From: Candidatus Thorarchaeota archaeon
GTDB taxonomy: Archaea > Asgardarchaeota > Thorarchaeia > Thorarchaeales > Thorarchaeaceae
Length of the DNA stretch: 64,000 nt
Reading direction: 5' to 3'
Assembly: GCA_029858305.1 (NCBI GenBank)
Contig: JAOUFI010000006.1
Span: 9,851 to 73,850 of the forward strand
In this document: positions 30,060-39,465 of the stretch, in pieces
How positions within the stretch are numbered: position 1 is the stretch's first letter
Layout: the number at the start of each line of letters is the position of its first letter
Program-made: the position numbers and the translations under genes
Notes under the pieces: generated by a model
What the model saw: only the letters and a program-made list of their open reading frames with translations
What the model was told of the DNA's origin: nothing
The model's database searches: none

Positions 30060-31064
30060 TTAGACAGTTCTGCCAATCATCTTTAACCCAGCTTTTCTAT
30101 ACTTGGCTATTGTCTGAACGACCTTGGGGATTGGCAAGTTGAGTTTTTCAGCGATTTGCTCGGGTGTCAGATTTCCGTCACACAATCTGATTAATTGGAT
30201 GTCTTCATTTGAGACCTTTGAGGTATCACCATCAAACATTGGACATTTTACATACTTTCCAATGGATGTACCTGCAGCGACAAACTTGGGGCTTTCATCT
30301 AATATTGGAACGTCAATTATGCCTTGTGAAGCAGTCCATTTCAGAAGATCTATGATCCTGTCGATTGGTTGGAACATTGAATCCGCAATCTTCTCAACAG
30401 AATTATTACCATCGACAAGCATTAGTACGTCAAAACCAAAGTTGCGATAGAGTACTTTCATCTCATTATAAAGTGCAGAGTCTAGTAAGAGAGAATTAGC
30501 ATATTCGGAGCCTCTTTCGGGAACTGTTATTGGCGTGATGTTGAAATCCTTGGATGACAGTTTTTTCGCAGGCTTACTGGGAACTTCTGGAGCTGGCTTG
30601 GACTCCTCTGGAGGCGGGACAACCACTGGGGATGGTACAACAGATGCTGCTTTGATGGCAATGCTTTCCAGAACTTGAATATTCATCTCAGAGGAGTCTT
30701 CAAAATCTTCAGGAGGCGGTGGAAGTTCAATGCCCTCGAGAAGACGTAGAACATTCTTTGTCTTGGCAATAGCAAGTCCCAGTTGAAGTTCAGGTACATA
30801 TAGAACCGTTAGAATCCAATTTTCATCAACAGGAGAAAGAACTACGAGTCCTTTCTCAGTATCGATGGTCATCAAACGCAAGTCAGCCTTGTAGAGTTTA
30901 ATGCTGTCTTTTATTCTTGGAAACAGCTCGTCAGGAAATGCGAAACTGACAAAGGGTCTACCTATCTTTGTCATCAGAGAATAACCCAAAACCTGATCAT
31001 CAAATCGTAGTTTAGACAAAGCACGCTCCAAATCTTTGGACATAAGATAACACCTCACGAGCAC
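30060..31064 (-). CDS. Roadblock/longin-like N-domain + Pro-rich linker + two winged helices (paralog of 32911-33870)
   Basis: LERALSKLRFDDQVLGY.L.T..G.PF.SF; LPPPP; two (V/C)DG..(S/T)...IA HTH motifs. Confidence 0.55.
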   Translation of the reverse strand: MLVRCYLMSKDLERALSKLRFDDQVLGYSLMTKIGRPFVSFAFPDELFPRIKDSIKLYKADLRLMTIDTEKGLVVLSPVDENWILTVLYVPELQLGLAIAKTKNVLRLLEGIELPPPPEDFEDSSEMNIQVLESIAIKAASVVPSPVVVPPPEESKPAPEVPSKPAKKLSSKDFNITPITVPERGSEYANSLLLDSALYNEMKVLYRNFGFDVLMLVDGNNSVEKIADSMFQPIDRIIDLLKWTASQGIIDVPILDESPKFVAAGTSIGKYVKCPMFDGDTSKVSNEDIQLIRLCDGNLTPEQIAEKLNLPIPKVVQTIAKYRKAGLKMIGRTV

Positions 31065-31219
31065 TAGCGTGACCAGGACCTGCTCGTATAATCTCTATTT
31101 TTGAGAGTCATCTGAAAAGGATTGTGGTGCTGGAATTTGATTTCTTTATTGAGTTCATTCGAAAACTGTTAAGAGGGACCGACCAACATCAATGAGGTCA
31201 GTTGTCCAGAGGAGATTCA

Positions 31220-31801
31220 ATGAGAAATTTTGCTGGTGGTTTCATAGGGATTATCGTTGGTTCCTTTTCATTGGTCATTTTAGCTGGAATATTACCATCT
31301 CAGCCCTCATACCCAGACCCGTTCAACGCAATATGGTTTTTGCTAGCTGGATCTTGGGTGTTTCAGTCAACTCTTCAGGAACTAGTCAATATGACTTTAG
31401 CAGGACCATTGTTACTATCGTGGTTGATCATTGGTATCGTTATTGCTCCTTTTTCTCGGAAGGGATGGAATCTTCTTAGGTCGACACTATGGGTGGCAGT
31501 GTTTCTAACAATTTTCGCATTAATTTTTCAGGTATTAGAGAATCCATCTTTTTGGGATGTTAATCTGAATCCGACGAGGAACTACGATCTGATATTCCAA
31601 TTTGCTACATCCATAGTCGTATCTCTCTTTGCCCTTCCAAGTGCAATCCCAATCACAATTACCATTGAGAGAGCACGCCAGACCGGAGAGCAACCGATTC
31701 CAGAGAAGATTGAAACAATATGTGAGTGTGGAGCTATTTTCAAATCAAATCCAATTATTTGCTCAGAGTGCGGCCGTATCTTGAGAATGTTGGAGAATTA
31801 A
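31220..31801 (+). CDS. Membrane protein with C-terminal zinc ribbon
   Basis: 4-5 TM helices; CECG...CSECG. Confidence 0.7.
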   Translation: MRNFAGGFIGIIVGSFSLVILAGILPSQPSYPDPFNAIWFLLAGSWVFQSTLQELVNMTLAGPLLLSWLIIGIVIAPFSRKGWNLLRSTLWVAVFLTIFALIFQVLENPSFWDVNLNPTRNYDLIFQFATSIVVSLFALPSAIPITITIERARQTGEQPIPEKIETICECGAIFKSNPIICSECGRILRMLEN

Positions 31802-32316
31802 CGGTCCCTGGTTATACCCCCACCAAGAATACCACCAATTACACACGCAATCGCAGGATAGATTGCTCCTTCGAGTGCAACTTCCATCAGGATCAATGAG
31901 CCAGGTGCGAAAATAGCTGCGATATCAAAACCCGGGGATATCACAAGAACTAACAACCATGTCAGAAACGCACCTATGATTGCCGCAAAGACTGCAGCTA
32001 GAATTGCAGGTAAGAAGTCTTTTGACATAAGACCTGCAATTAGACCACCAGTGCCCCATGCTAGGAACATGAGGACAGAGGCACCAATAGCACCATAACC
32101 CAATACACCGCCAAGACCGGGACCTGCTAGGGCAGAAGGATAGAGTATCGTTCCAACCACAGCCAATCTGAATTCAAGATCACTATAATTTAGAAATTCT
32201 TGCACAACGGTGGGTGAAATTAAATCAGCTGGCATGTAGTTACCAAATGTCATGACGACGAACGTGATAGCGAATGCAGTTATGAGCCCAAATATCGTAC
32301 CTAGACCTTGACCCAA
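31798..32316 (-). CDS. Gly/Ala-rich integral membrane protein
   Basis: 4-5 hydrophobic helices with GxxxG motifs. Confidence 0.65.
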   Translation of the reverse strand: MGQGLGTIFGLITAFAITFVVMTFGNYMPADLISPTVVQEFLNYSDLEFRLAVVGTILYPSALAGPGLGGVLGYGAIGASVLMFLAWGTGGLIAGLMSKDFLPAILAAVFAAIIGAFLTWLLVLVISPGFDIAAIFAPGSLILMEVALEGAIYPAIACVIGGILGGGITRDR

Positions 32317-32397
32317 TCATTAGGCCTCCATGTAAGGTGCATATACGATATTTTCTCGCTTATTGTTTTATACCTATTCCAGATGGCTACAAGGGTA

Positions 32398-32904
32398 CTA
32401 TTCCCTGAGATTGAGAGTCCAAGTGCACGTATCGTCACCTAGAGCTTTGCATGACTCCTGATAGCTCTCAGCTGAAAAACCACGCAATTTCATGACTGCA
32501 TCAAAGACTCCACTCACAATCACACAGTACTGAAGACCAGGCATGTCCGAGATTACAACACCTTCACAAATTGGGCAGGCATCATCAGTGAATTTGATTG
32601 TCTTCTTGTCTTTGCTAATGTCGATTTTGGTGAAAAATTGCCCAGAGTTCACCTTGTATGCTAGTTGTAGTGTCTTTGAGAATGTTGCAAAGTCTACAGC
32701 ATGCTCTCGTATCCTATCTGCATAGTCCATGAGAAGAGTTTCACCGACTCGAAAGCCGATGTCTTTCATCTTTCGATTGATCTCTTCGACACTGCCACTT
32801 GTACTCATGACTAGATTCATGAGTTCTCGATAGCTGGCTTGGAAGAGAACTTTCGAAACTTTAGTCGTCATTAGATTCCACGCGATTTTTCCCTTTACAC
32901 TCAT
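32398..32904 (-). CDS. Bet3/TRAPPC3-like protein
   Basis: KVSKVLFQASY..L......EEINRKMKDIGFRVGE.LL.DY aligns by eye to the Bet3 N-terminal half; CPIC, YC..VSG, ESC...GDDTC. Confidence 0.75.
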   Translation of the reverse strand: MSVKGKIAWNLMTTKVSKVLFQASYRELMNLVMSTSGSVEEINRKMKDIGFRVGETLLMDYADRIREHAVDFATFSKTLQLAYKVNSGQFFTKIDISKDKKTIKFTDDACPICEGVVISDMPGLQYCVIVSGVFDAVMKLRGFSAESYQESCKALGDDTCTWTLNLRE

Positions 32905-32910
32905 TTCGTT

Positions 32911-33870
32911 TTATTCTCCTGATTTCTTGTCAACACGTACCATTCTAAGAGTTTTTCCGCGATAGGGGAGAATACTCTGTAATGCATTAAAGTATTGTAT
33001 GCCTAGCTCTGCTGATATTTCCTGTAGGGTTCGTGTTCCATCACAGAGCGCGAGGAGTTGGCGATGTTCTTTCTTTACTTTATCAAGCTTGCCTTCAAAG
33101 AGCGGTAACTCTACGATTTCTTTCAGACTTGTTTCTTGCGCATCGGGACAGTCTACGTCGACTATCTTTTCTGCAATACACCATTTTACGACGTCCATGA
33201 CTCTTTCGACAGGTTTAGTTAAACTTGTAGCTATCTTATAGATCGTCATCTTTTCATCTATGACTAATAGTATATCAACGCCCAGATTTGCATAGGCTTT
33301 CTTGAGAGCAAGATTCAGACTTGATTCAAGAGTCATAGCATCTCTGTATCTCTCACCTCTAAGAAGAACACATCCATGGGTTAATTCCATGACTTCCATT
33401 GGTTTAGATTTGATATCAGCCACGGAAGTGACAACATCTCCTTCAAGAGTTTCTATTGAAACCTCAAGTAAATCTGGCTCAACGGTTTCAGAGATGAGAT
33501 TGTCTTCTAACTCAACTGGGATAGGAGGCGGTGGTAGGGCTACTTGTTCTAAGAGCTCAACGACTGATTTTGCTCTAGAGAGTGCTGTGCCTAGTGTGAG
33601 CTCTGGGCTGAAAAGAACTGCAAGAACCCATTGGGGATCAACTCGTGCTAAGATAACGCTTCCTTGACTGGTCATAATGTTGACAAGTTTAAGGTCAGCA
33701 GCATGAATCCGCAGGGTGCCTTTAATCTGTGGGACAACTTCGTCTGGAAGTGAGAAAGAGAGGAATGGTTGGCCATCATTGGTGATCAGTGCATAACCGG
33801 TAACCGACTCATCGAATTTCAGCTTCGTGAGTACGCGCTCTAATTCCAATTGATTCACCAAACCTCGCAA
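32911..33870 (-). CDS. Roadblock/longin-like N-domain + Pro-rich linker + winged helices (paralog of 30060-31064)
   Basis: LERVLTKLKFDESVTGY.LIT..GQPF.SF; LPPPP; LCDGTRTLQEIS HTH. Confidence 0.55.
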   Translation of the reverse strand: MRGLVNQLELERVLTKLKFDESVTGYALITNDGQPFLSFSLPDEVVPQIKGTLRIHAADLKLVNIMTSQGSVILARVDPQWVLAVLFSPELTLGTALSRAKSVVELLEQVALPPPPIPVELEDNLISETVEPDLLEVSIETLEGDVVTSVADIKSKPMEVMELTHGCVLLRGERYRDAMTLESSLNLALKKAYANLGVDILLVIDEKMTIYKIATSLTKPVERVMDVVKWCIAEKIVDVDCPDAQETSLKEIVELPLFEGKLDKVKKEHRQLLALCDGTRTLQEISAELGIQYFNALQSILPYRGKTLRMVRVDKKSGE

Positions 33871-33893
33871 AGGCAGTACTGCTAATTCGTTAC

Positions 33894-34994
33894 CTATTGG
33901 TGCATAAGTAGCTTTTTACCATCTATGGACAGCGCAGGATTTGAACGTAGAAATGTAAGGATATCTTGGCGCGACGGATGTGTTGCAGTTGGTGATGAAA
34001 CATAGAGAATAGCAACAGCATTGGCAAGGATGATTCGATCCAATGGTGGAAGGTTAAGCAGGTGCCCGTAAATGTCTCCTGCATTCCATGCATCTCCAGC
34101 CCCACAGACTACTTTACTCTCTCTCTGAAATGAGGGTGTTGAGATAACATTATCATCATCTACAATAGCTGAGAAATGTTGCGTGTGCAGATCAATCGTG
34201 ATTCCTAATTCATGGGAAACCATCTTTGCTACGTGTATCCATTCTTTGGGATTGGATACGTGATGACGCCAACGTTCATTCTTCCCCTTGAGCTCCCACG
34301 CAAGCCAACAAATTTCATTTTCATTCGCCCCTAGAATATCCACAAGACCTTCGTGTAAGACATCTTTTACCAATGGTGTGAGTAATTCGGAATTACTTGA
34401 GGGATCACCAATATCCATGAATGTGATTGTAGTTTGGGTTTCTTTAGCCATCTCAAACAGGTCATGCGCAAGCTGTGCACCTTTATGATTGTGATTTAGA
34501 TTTACTAAAGCAACCAATCCACTTTTCCGGATAAGCTCCAAATCGGCCAATGTAAGATCGTCAAATCCGAATGCAGCAGCAGAGCCACTGTCACTAATCA
34601 TCATATTGATCCTACGTCCTTCAAATTCAGTTTCAATCGAAACCGTTGTCGATAATCGACCATCTCTATGAACATGATTCATGTCTATATTGGGGGATGC
34701 TAGTACTTTGAGAAGTAAGGCACCGTACTCATCTGTGGTAATAATCATCTGAGCATCCACTCCCAATGCGTGAAGAGCAGAAGTTGTATTCACACAGTTG
34801 CCCCCTCGACGAATGAATTGCTCAGTGCCTGTTAAGTTCCCCCCACCCTGTTTGGCAAGGATGTCTAAACTCTTAAGAAATCCAGTATAACTTGGTAGGA
34901 TAACAAAATGATCTACAAAGAAGTCTGGGAGAATGACTGGATATGGAACTATGGGAGGATTCTCAAGTAGTGAGATAAGCCGAGCATAATCCAA
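33894..34994 (-). CDS. PfkB-family carbohydrate kinase
   Basis: GGN..N, NENE, GAGDAWNAG. Confidence 0.85.
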   Translation of the reverse strand: MDYARLISLLENPPIVPYPVILPDFFVDHFVILPSYTGFLKSLDILAKQGGGNLTGTEQFIRRGGNCVNTTSALHALGVDAQMIITTDEYGALLLKVLASPNIDMNHVHRDGRLSTTVSIETEFEGRRINMMISDSGSAAAFGFDDLTLADLELIRKSGLVALVNLNHNHKGAQLAHDLFEMAKETQTTITFMDIGDPSSNSELLTPLVKDVLHEGLVDILGANENEICWLAWELKGKNERWRHHVSNPKEWIHVAKMVSHELGITIDLHTQHFSAIVDDDNVISTPSFQRESKVVCGAGDAWNAGDIYGHLLNLPPLDRIILANAVAILYVSSPTATHPSRQDILTFLRSNPALSIDGKKLLMHQ

Positions 34995-35025
34995 CTCGAT
35001 TACCCCATTGTACTTTCATAATGGA

Positions 35026-35475
35026 CTAGACTTTCTTGAGTGCTGCTTTTACCATTTCTGTGATACGGTCTTCTGGGATTCCAGTCTTGTTTGCAACTTT
35101 CGCAATGTCACAGTAAGCAAGATCGGAAACAGTCTTGAGACCAGCCTTTGCTAGAAGTTTGGCTTCTTCATCCTTCACAGCTTTTAGTGCAGAGAGCTCA
35201 TCAACAGCCTTGGCAACTGATGCCGTAGCAGTACTCTCTTCAGTAGCTAGAGCCGCAACAAATTCCTCAAGATCTTTCTGATACTGTTTTAATGCTTCGA
35301 CATTCTCAGGATATGCAGTTTTCCTTCGGATATCAACAATTAGACCCATCTTACGAGCATCAACAACTGTGAGTCCAGATTGAATTGTTTCCTCTATACT
35401 AAAACCACGGCCACGTCTGGGTTTGGCATCTTTTGGTGACCTCACAACTGGTTCGGCAATAATATCAAAGCTCAT
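35026..35475 (-). CDS. rpl13e: 50S ribosomal protein L13e with C-terminal HhH-like extension
   Basis: P.VR.P..R.GRGFS.EE..GL....AR..G..VD.RRK..ENV..L; start at MSFD. Confidence 0.9.
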   Translation of the reverse strand: MSFDIIAEPVVRSPKDAKPRRGRGFSIEETIQSGLTVVDARKMGLIVDIRRKTAYPENVEALKQYQKDLEEFVAALATEESTATASVAKAVDELSALKAVKDEEAKLLAKAGLKTVSDLAYCDIAKVANKTGIPEDRITEMVKAALKKV

Positions 35476-35554
35476 TGATTCATCCACCTGACACGGCTTC
35501 GAGCCTTCGGACCACTTATCAAGCTTTCGAGATGGCAAAATAAAGAGGAGAGAT

Positions 35555-36370
35555 TTAGATAAAATCATCAAGTGACATTTGTCTTATTGCTTCACCATCT
35601 AGCATCTTCAATAATTTTCGTTCTTGGTGTTGATTGATTGTACCTAAGAGAGATAGCATCTGAAGTGCGTTCAAAGGAGCGTTTCCTGCGAAATGATTAT
35701 TGAAATACCCCAAGACAAGGTTTACATTATTCGTCAAATCCTCCAGGCGAGGAAGCCATTCCTTGAGTTCTTCAAGTGAATATCTGTAGTTGTACCATAA
35801 CCCTTCATTTTGACCGTGCCACCGTACATATGAAAAATCAGTTGTTATTCGGAGGTCAATAGGGAGCTTTGGTTCATCAACGATGACATGAGCGATATTA
35901 TATTGCTCTAATAGACTCCAGACAGACTCTATCAACCAGCTATGGTGTCTGAACTCGATTGCGTACCGATACGCAGGGTTGAGTGCAGCAAAAAAGGTCT
36001 CAAGATTAGCCATGGTCGATATCTCCCAGGGTGGTAACTGAATGAGCAGAACATCAATACGGTTTTCAATCGGTCGTAGAAGTTGATAATACTCATCAAG
36101 AACTGCACCACCCTCTCCGGTGAGGTCGAGTCGATGGTCATGTGTTACTTTCTTGGGTAATTTGGCTGTGAAGAACTTATTGGGATCAAGACTAGCCAAG
36201 TGTTTAATGAAAGTGGGTTTGGGTAGAGCGTAGAATGTCGAATTAATCTCTGCCGTGTCGAAGTAGAGCAAGTATTGATGGAGCATGGATCTACCGGAGG
36301 TATAGAAAACACCTTTCCAATCCTTTCCATATGACCATCCACTGGTACCGATATGAAGCCCCTTTCTCAT
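35555..36370 (-). CDS. DUF72 (YecE) family protein
   Basis: IGTSGWSY, EINSTFY, QLPP, EFRH.SW, YVR.HG, YFNNH. Confidence 0.92.
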   Translation of the reverse strand: MRKGLHIGTSGWSYGKDWKGVFYTSGRSMLHQYLLYFDTAEINSTFYALPKPTFIKHLASLDPNKFFTAKLPKKVTHDHRLDLTGEGGAVLDEYYQLLRPIENRIDVLLIQLPPWEISTMANLETFFAALNPAYRYAIEFRHHSWLIESVWSLLEQYNIAHVIVDEPKLPIDLRITTDFSYVRWHGQNEGLWYNYRYSLEELKEWLPRLEDLTNNVNLVLGYFNNHFAGNAPLNALQMLSLLGTINQHQERKLLKMLDGEAIRQMSLDDFI

Positions 36371-36479
36371 TTTATTCGATATCTATAGTTACACATTCAT
36401 GTTTGTGCTTTATGGATTCTGTATTGTCGTAAAGATGAGGTTCATAAGAGTGCAAGATACACAAAGAGTTGTGAGTGCT

Positions 36480-36791
36480 ATGAATGCCAATGATGCAAAA
36501 GCTGATTTTGAGAATCTAGAAGTCCATATGGGGCCCCTAAAGGATAGCAAGTTCAAAATGAAATGCTCTGTAACATATGAAGAACAGATGCTCATTATGG
36601 ATGGAGGAAAGAGAGTAGCACGAATGCATGCTCGTAACATTGGCAATGTTCACCTTGAAAAGAAAGCAATTCGAATTGCAGCTATGAATTTTGAAGTAAA
36701 AGAGGGTGAAGACGTCAGTGTGGCCAGTGGTTCTATAAGACTTGAACTCGGAGATGCTGCAAAAGACTGGTACCAGGAACTTTGGGGCTAA
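36480..36791 (+). CDS. Hypothetical protein, possible PH-like fold
   Basis: Beta-rich sequence ending in the helix AAKDWYQEL; start uncertain. Confidence 0.55.
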   Translation: MNANDAKADFENLEVHMGPLKDSKFKMKCSVTYEEQMLIMDGGKRVARMHARNIGNVHLEKKAIRIAAMNFEVKEGEDVSVASGSIRLELGDAAKDWYQELWG

Positions 36792-36843
36792 AACAAGACC
36801 TTTTAATGAGGTTCGATAAAGCACGGAACGCAGCAACCACGGA

Positions 36844-38160
36844 GTGAATATTATGTCTGAGAAGATTGAGTATATTGAACTTAGATTCACAGATCTGTTA
36901 GGAAGAATGAAAGCTATGGTAGTTCCTTGCAAACCTGTGGATGACCTTGAAGACCTTCAATCTGACCCAACATGGAAGAAGGGAACAAGCTGTGATGGAA
37001 GCTCTGTAGTTGGACTGGCAACAGTTGAAGCATCTGATTTACGTCTTGACCCTGATGCTTCCACTTTAATAGAGATTCCACTGACATCTCAGCGGACCGC
37101 CGCGGCGATGTGCTTTATTAGAGAGAAAGAGGCACACGGAACAAGTACAGATTACCACACACTTGACAGTCGTGGAAGGCTTCATCAAGTGTGTGAAGAT
37201 CTTCTTCCTGGCAATCTACGTTTGATGGTAAAGGTTGAGCCAGAATTTCACTTCATCACTCCTGAAGGTGAACACTTCGATAATGCGGGGTATGCAGATA
37301 CGTATCCGCAGAGCCCAGGAATGGACATTCTCCTCGAGTTGGCTTCAGCAATTAGAGAAGTTGGAATGCGACCACGTGTTATTCACCATGAGGCTGGTGA
37401 AGCTCAGCAAGAGATAGAGCTTGATTTTGATGATGCAAGGAAAATGGCGGACAACATTTTAATTTTTAAGAACCTTACAAGAGCAATCGCACAGAGTCAC
37501 GGTGTCGATGTTACCTTTATGCCAAAACCATTTGTAAATGAAGCAGGAAGCGGTCTTCATTGCCATATGCAACTATGGGATGGTAACAAGAACCTCTTTG
37601 GTGATGACAAGACGGATGGACTATCTGAAACTGCTCGGAGGTTTATCGCAGGGTTATTAGAACATGCACCTGCAATAACAGCAATTGCCAATCCCACTGT
37701 CAATTCCTACAAGAGATTAGTACCTCATCATGAAGCACCTGTTTATATCACATGGGGAGAAAAGAACCGGACTGTACTCGTGAGAATACCTACATTTGGT
37801 AAGAGTGAGAAAGCGGCCATTGAGCTCAGATCAGGGGATTCTATGGCAAATCCGTACTTGTTCTTTAGTGCAATCATAGCAGCGGGTATGGATGGAATCA
37901 ATAAAAAACTCGTACCACCAGAGCCTCGTAGTGAAGACATCTTTATGATGACAGATGATGATAGATCCGAATACGCAATTAGAACACTACCTACGACCCT
38001 TGAAGAAGCCCTTGATAGCTTAGAGGCAGACCCAGTAATTATGAAAGCATTGGGATCCGGAATTGCCCATGCGCACATCAAACTCAAACGTGCAGAATGG
38101 CGCAAATATGTGAGTCATGTTGTTTCTGATTGGGAATGGGAAATGTACCAAGACCTCTAG
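36844..38160 (+). CDS. glnA: Glutamine synthetase family protein (type I)
   Basis: F.DL.G..K, DGSS, EPEF, HHE...Q.E, TFMPKP, GSG.H.H, NSYKRL, W...NR, IELR..D. Confidence 0.88.
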   Translation: MNIMSEKIEYIELRFTDLLGRMKAMVVPCKPVDDLEDLQSDPTWKKGTSCDGSSVVGLATVEASDLRLDPDASTLIEIPLTSQRTAAAMCFIREKEAHGTSTDYHTLDSRGRLHQVCEDLLPGNLRLMVKVEPEFHFITPEGEHFDNAGYADTYPQSPGMDILLELASAIREVGMRPRVIHHEAGEAQQEIELDFDDARKMADNILIFKNLTRAIAQSHGVDVTFMPKPFVNEAGSGLHCHMQLWDGNKNLFGDDKTDGLSETARRFIAGLLEHAPAITAIANPTVNSYKRLVPHHEAPVYITWGEKNRTVLVRIPTFGKSEKAAIELRSGDSMANPYLFFSAIIAAGMDGINKKLVPPEPRSEDIFMMTDDDRSEYAIRTLPTTLEEALDSLEADPVIMKALGSGIAHAHIKLKRAEWRKYVSHVVSDWEWEMYQDL

Positions 38161-39311
38161 GTTGTAAAGTAACTATATAATCGGTCGAAAGCTTCATCCA
38201 CTGCCTCAGGAGTGAGAGGACCAATTGATATTCTGATGTGTCCTTCACCTGCTTCTCCGAATATGATACCAGGTAAAACCAATGTTCCAGTTGATTGAAG
38301 AATGTCGAGAACTAGAGCACTAGAATCAGTGCAATCCCGCACCTTCGGAAACATATAGAAAGTTCCAGATGTTCGAATAACTTCAAGTTGATCAATCTCA
38401 CGAATCCGCACATATGCTAGTTCTCGGAGGAGGTTCAGACGTTCAATCTCTTGTTCTACTGCATCAAGTCCATTCTTCAGTACTTCAAGAGCGAGTAGTT
38501 GTCCAGCTGTCGGAGCACAGATTGTCACAGTATCCTGTACTTTGAGATACTGTTCGATAAACTGACTAGGTCCAATGACATATCCTACACGCCACCCACT
38601 CATTCCGAAATCCTTGGAGAAGCTTCCTATGGTAATTACATTCTCAGTAGCATCTCTCCGCAATCGAGGACTATAATGACTACTTCCATCAAAGACCATT
38701 CGTGAATATGTTTCATCTGAAAAAAGGACAAGATCATGATTGAGACAAATATCTACGATGCTGTCAATTGTTTTTCGCTCATAAACTGCCCCAGTTGGGT
38801 TATTTGGAGATACTAAGAAGATACCACGTGTGTTTGCATCAATTGCTTTTTCAATATCCTCTGAAACAACTTGGAAATTGGCATTAGTGCGTATCTCTTT
38901 CACGTTTCCACCTGTAAGCTTGACAGCCATGACTGAATTGAAATAATATGGTGTTGGCATTATGACATTTTCATTCGGTCCTATTAATGTCTGAGCGGCT
39001 CCTGCAAATGCATTATTGGCACCTGCAGTTATTACAAGCTCAGTCTGAGGATTGATATCAATACCTGCAGTCTGTCGAAGATATAGTGATAGTTCCTCTC
39101 TCAACTCGAGTAGGCCCTGATCAGTAGTGTACAAATGTGTTGAAGGATGTGACAAGCGCTCGCGTAGGGATGCCAGAGCCTTGTCCGGAGGAATATGCCC
39201 AGGAAGCCCTTGACCCAAGTCTAGAAAGTCAGGTGATGCCACATATCTCTTTGCAGCCTCGGTTAGTTTTAGGATTGGAGGGTACATGATGTCTTCTGTA
39301 TGAAATTTCAT
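38157..39311 (-). CDS. PLP-dependent aminotransferase class I/II
   Basis: LGQG.P, PNNPTG, DETY, SFSKDFGMSGWRVG, R.S. Confidence 0.92.
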   Translation of the reverse strand: MKFHTEDIMYPPILKLTEAAKRYVASPDFLDLGQGLPGHIPPDKALASLRERLSHPSTHLYTTDQGLLELREELSLYLRQTAGIDINPQTELVITAGANNAFAGAAQTLIGPNENVIMPTPYYFNSVMAVKLTGGNVKEIRTNANFQVVSEDIEKAIDANTRGIFLVSPNNPTGAVYERKTIDSIVDICLNHDLVLFSDETYSRMVFDGSSHYSPRLRRDATENVITIGSFSKDFGMSGWRVGYVIGPSQFIEQYLKVQDTVTICAPTAGQLLALEVLKNGLDAVEQEIERLNLLRELAYVRIREIDQLEVIRTSGTFYMFPKVRDCTDSSALVLDILQSTGTLVLPGIIFGEAGEGHIRISIGPLTPEAVDEAFDRLYSYFTT

Positions 39312-39465
39312 TGGATGGCTCCTCTCGAATGAACCAAATGCAACAAGGATTCTCATTGGTCACATCTTACCGAATTCATTTAACCTTACCCAAATCATTG
39401 CTTGTTATTCAAGCACACTTAGCAAGGATTATATCGGGCTATAACTGGCCTCGGTCAGGAGTACT

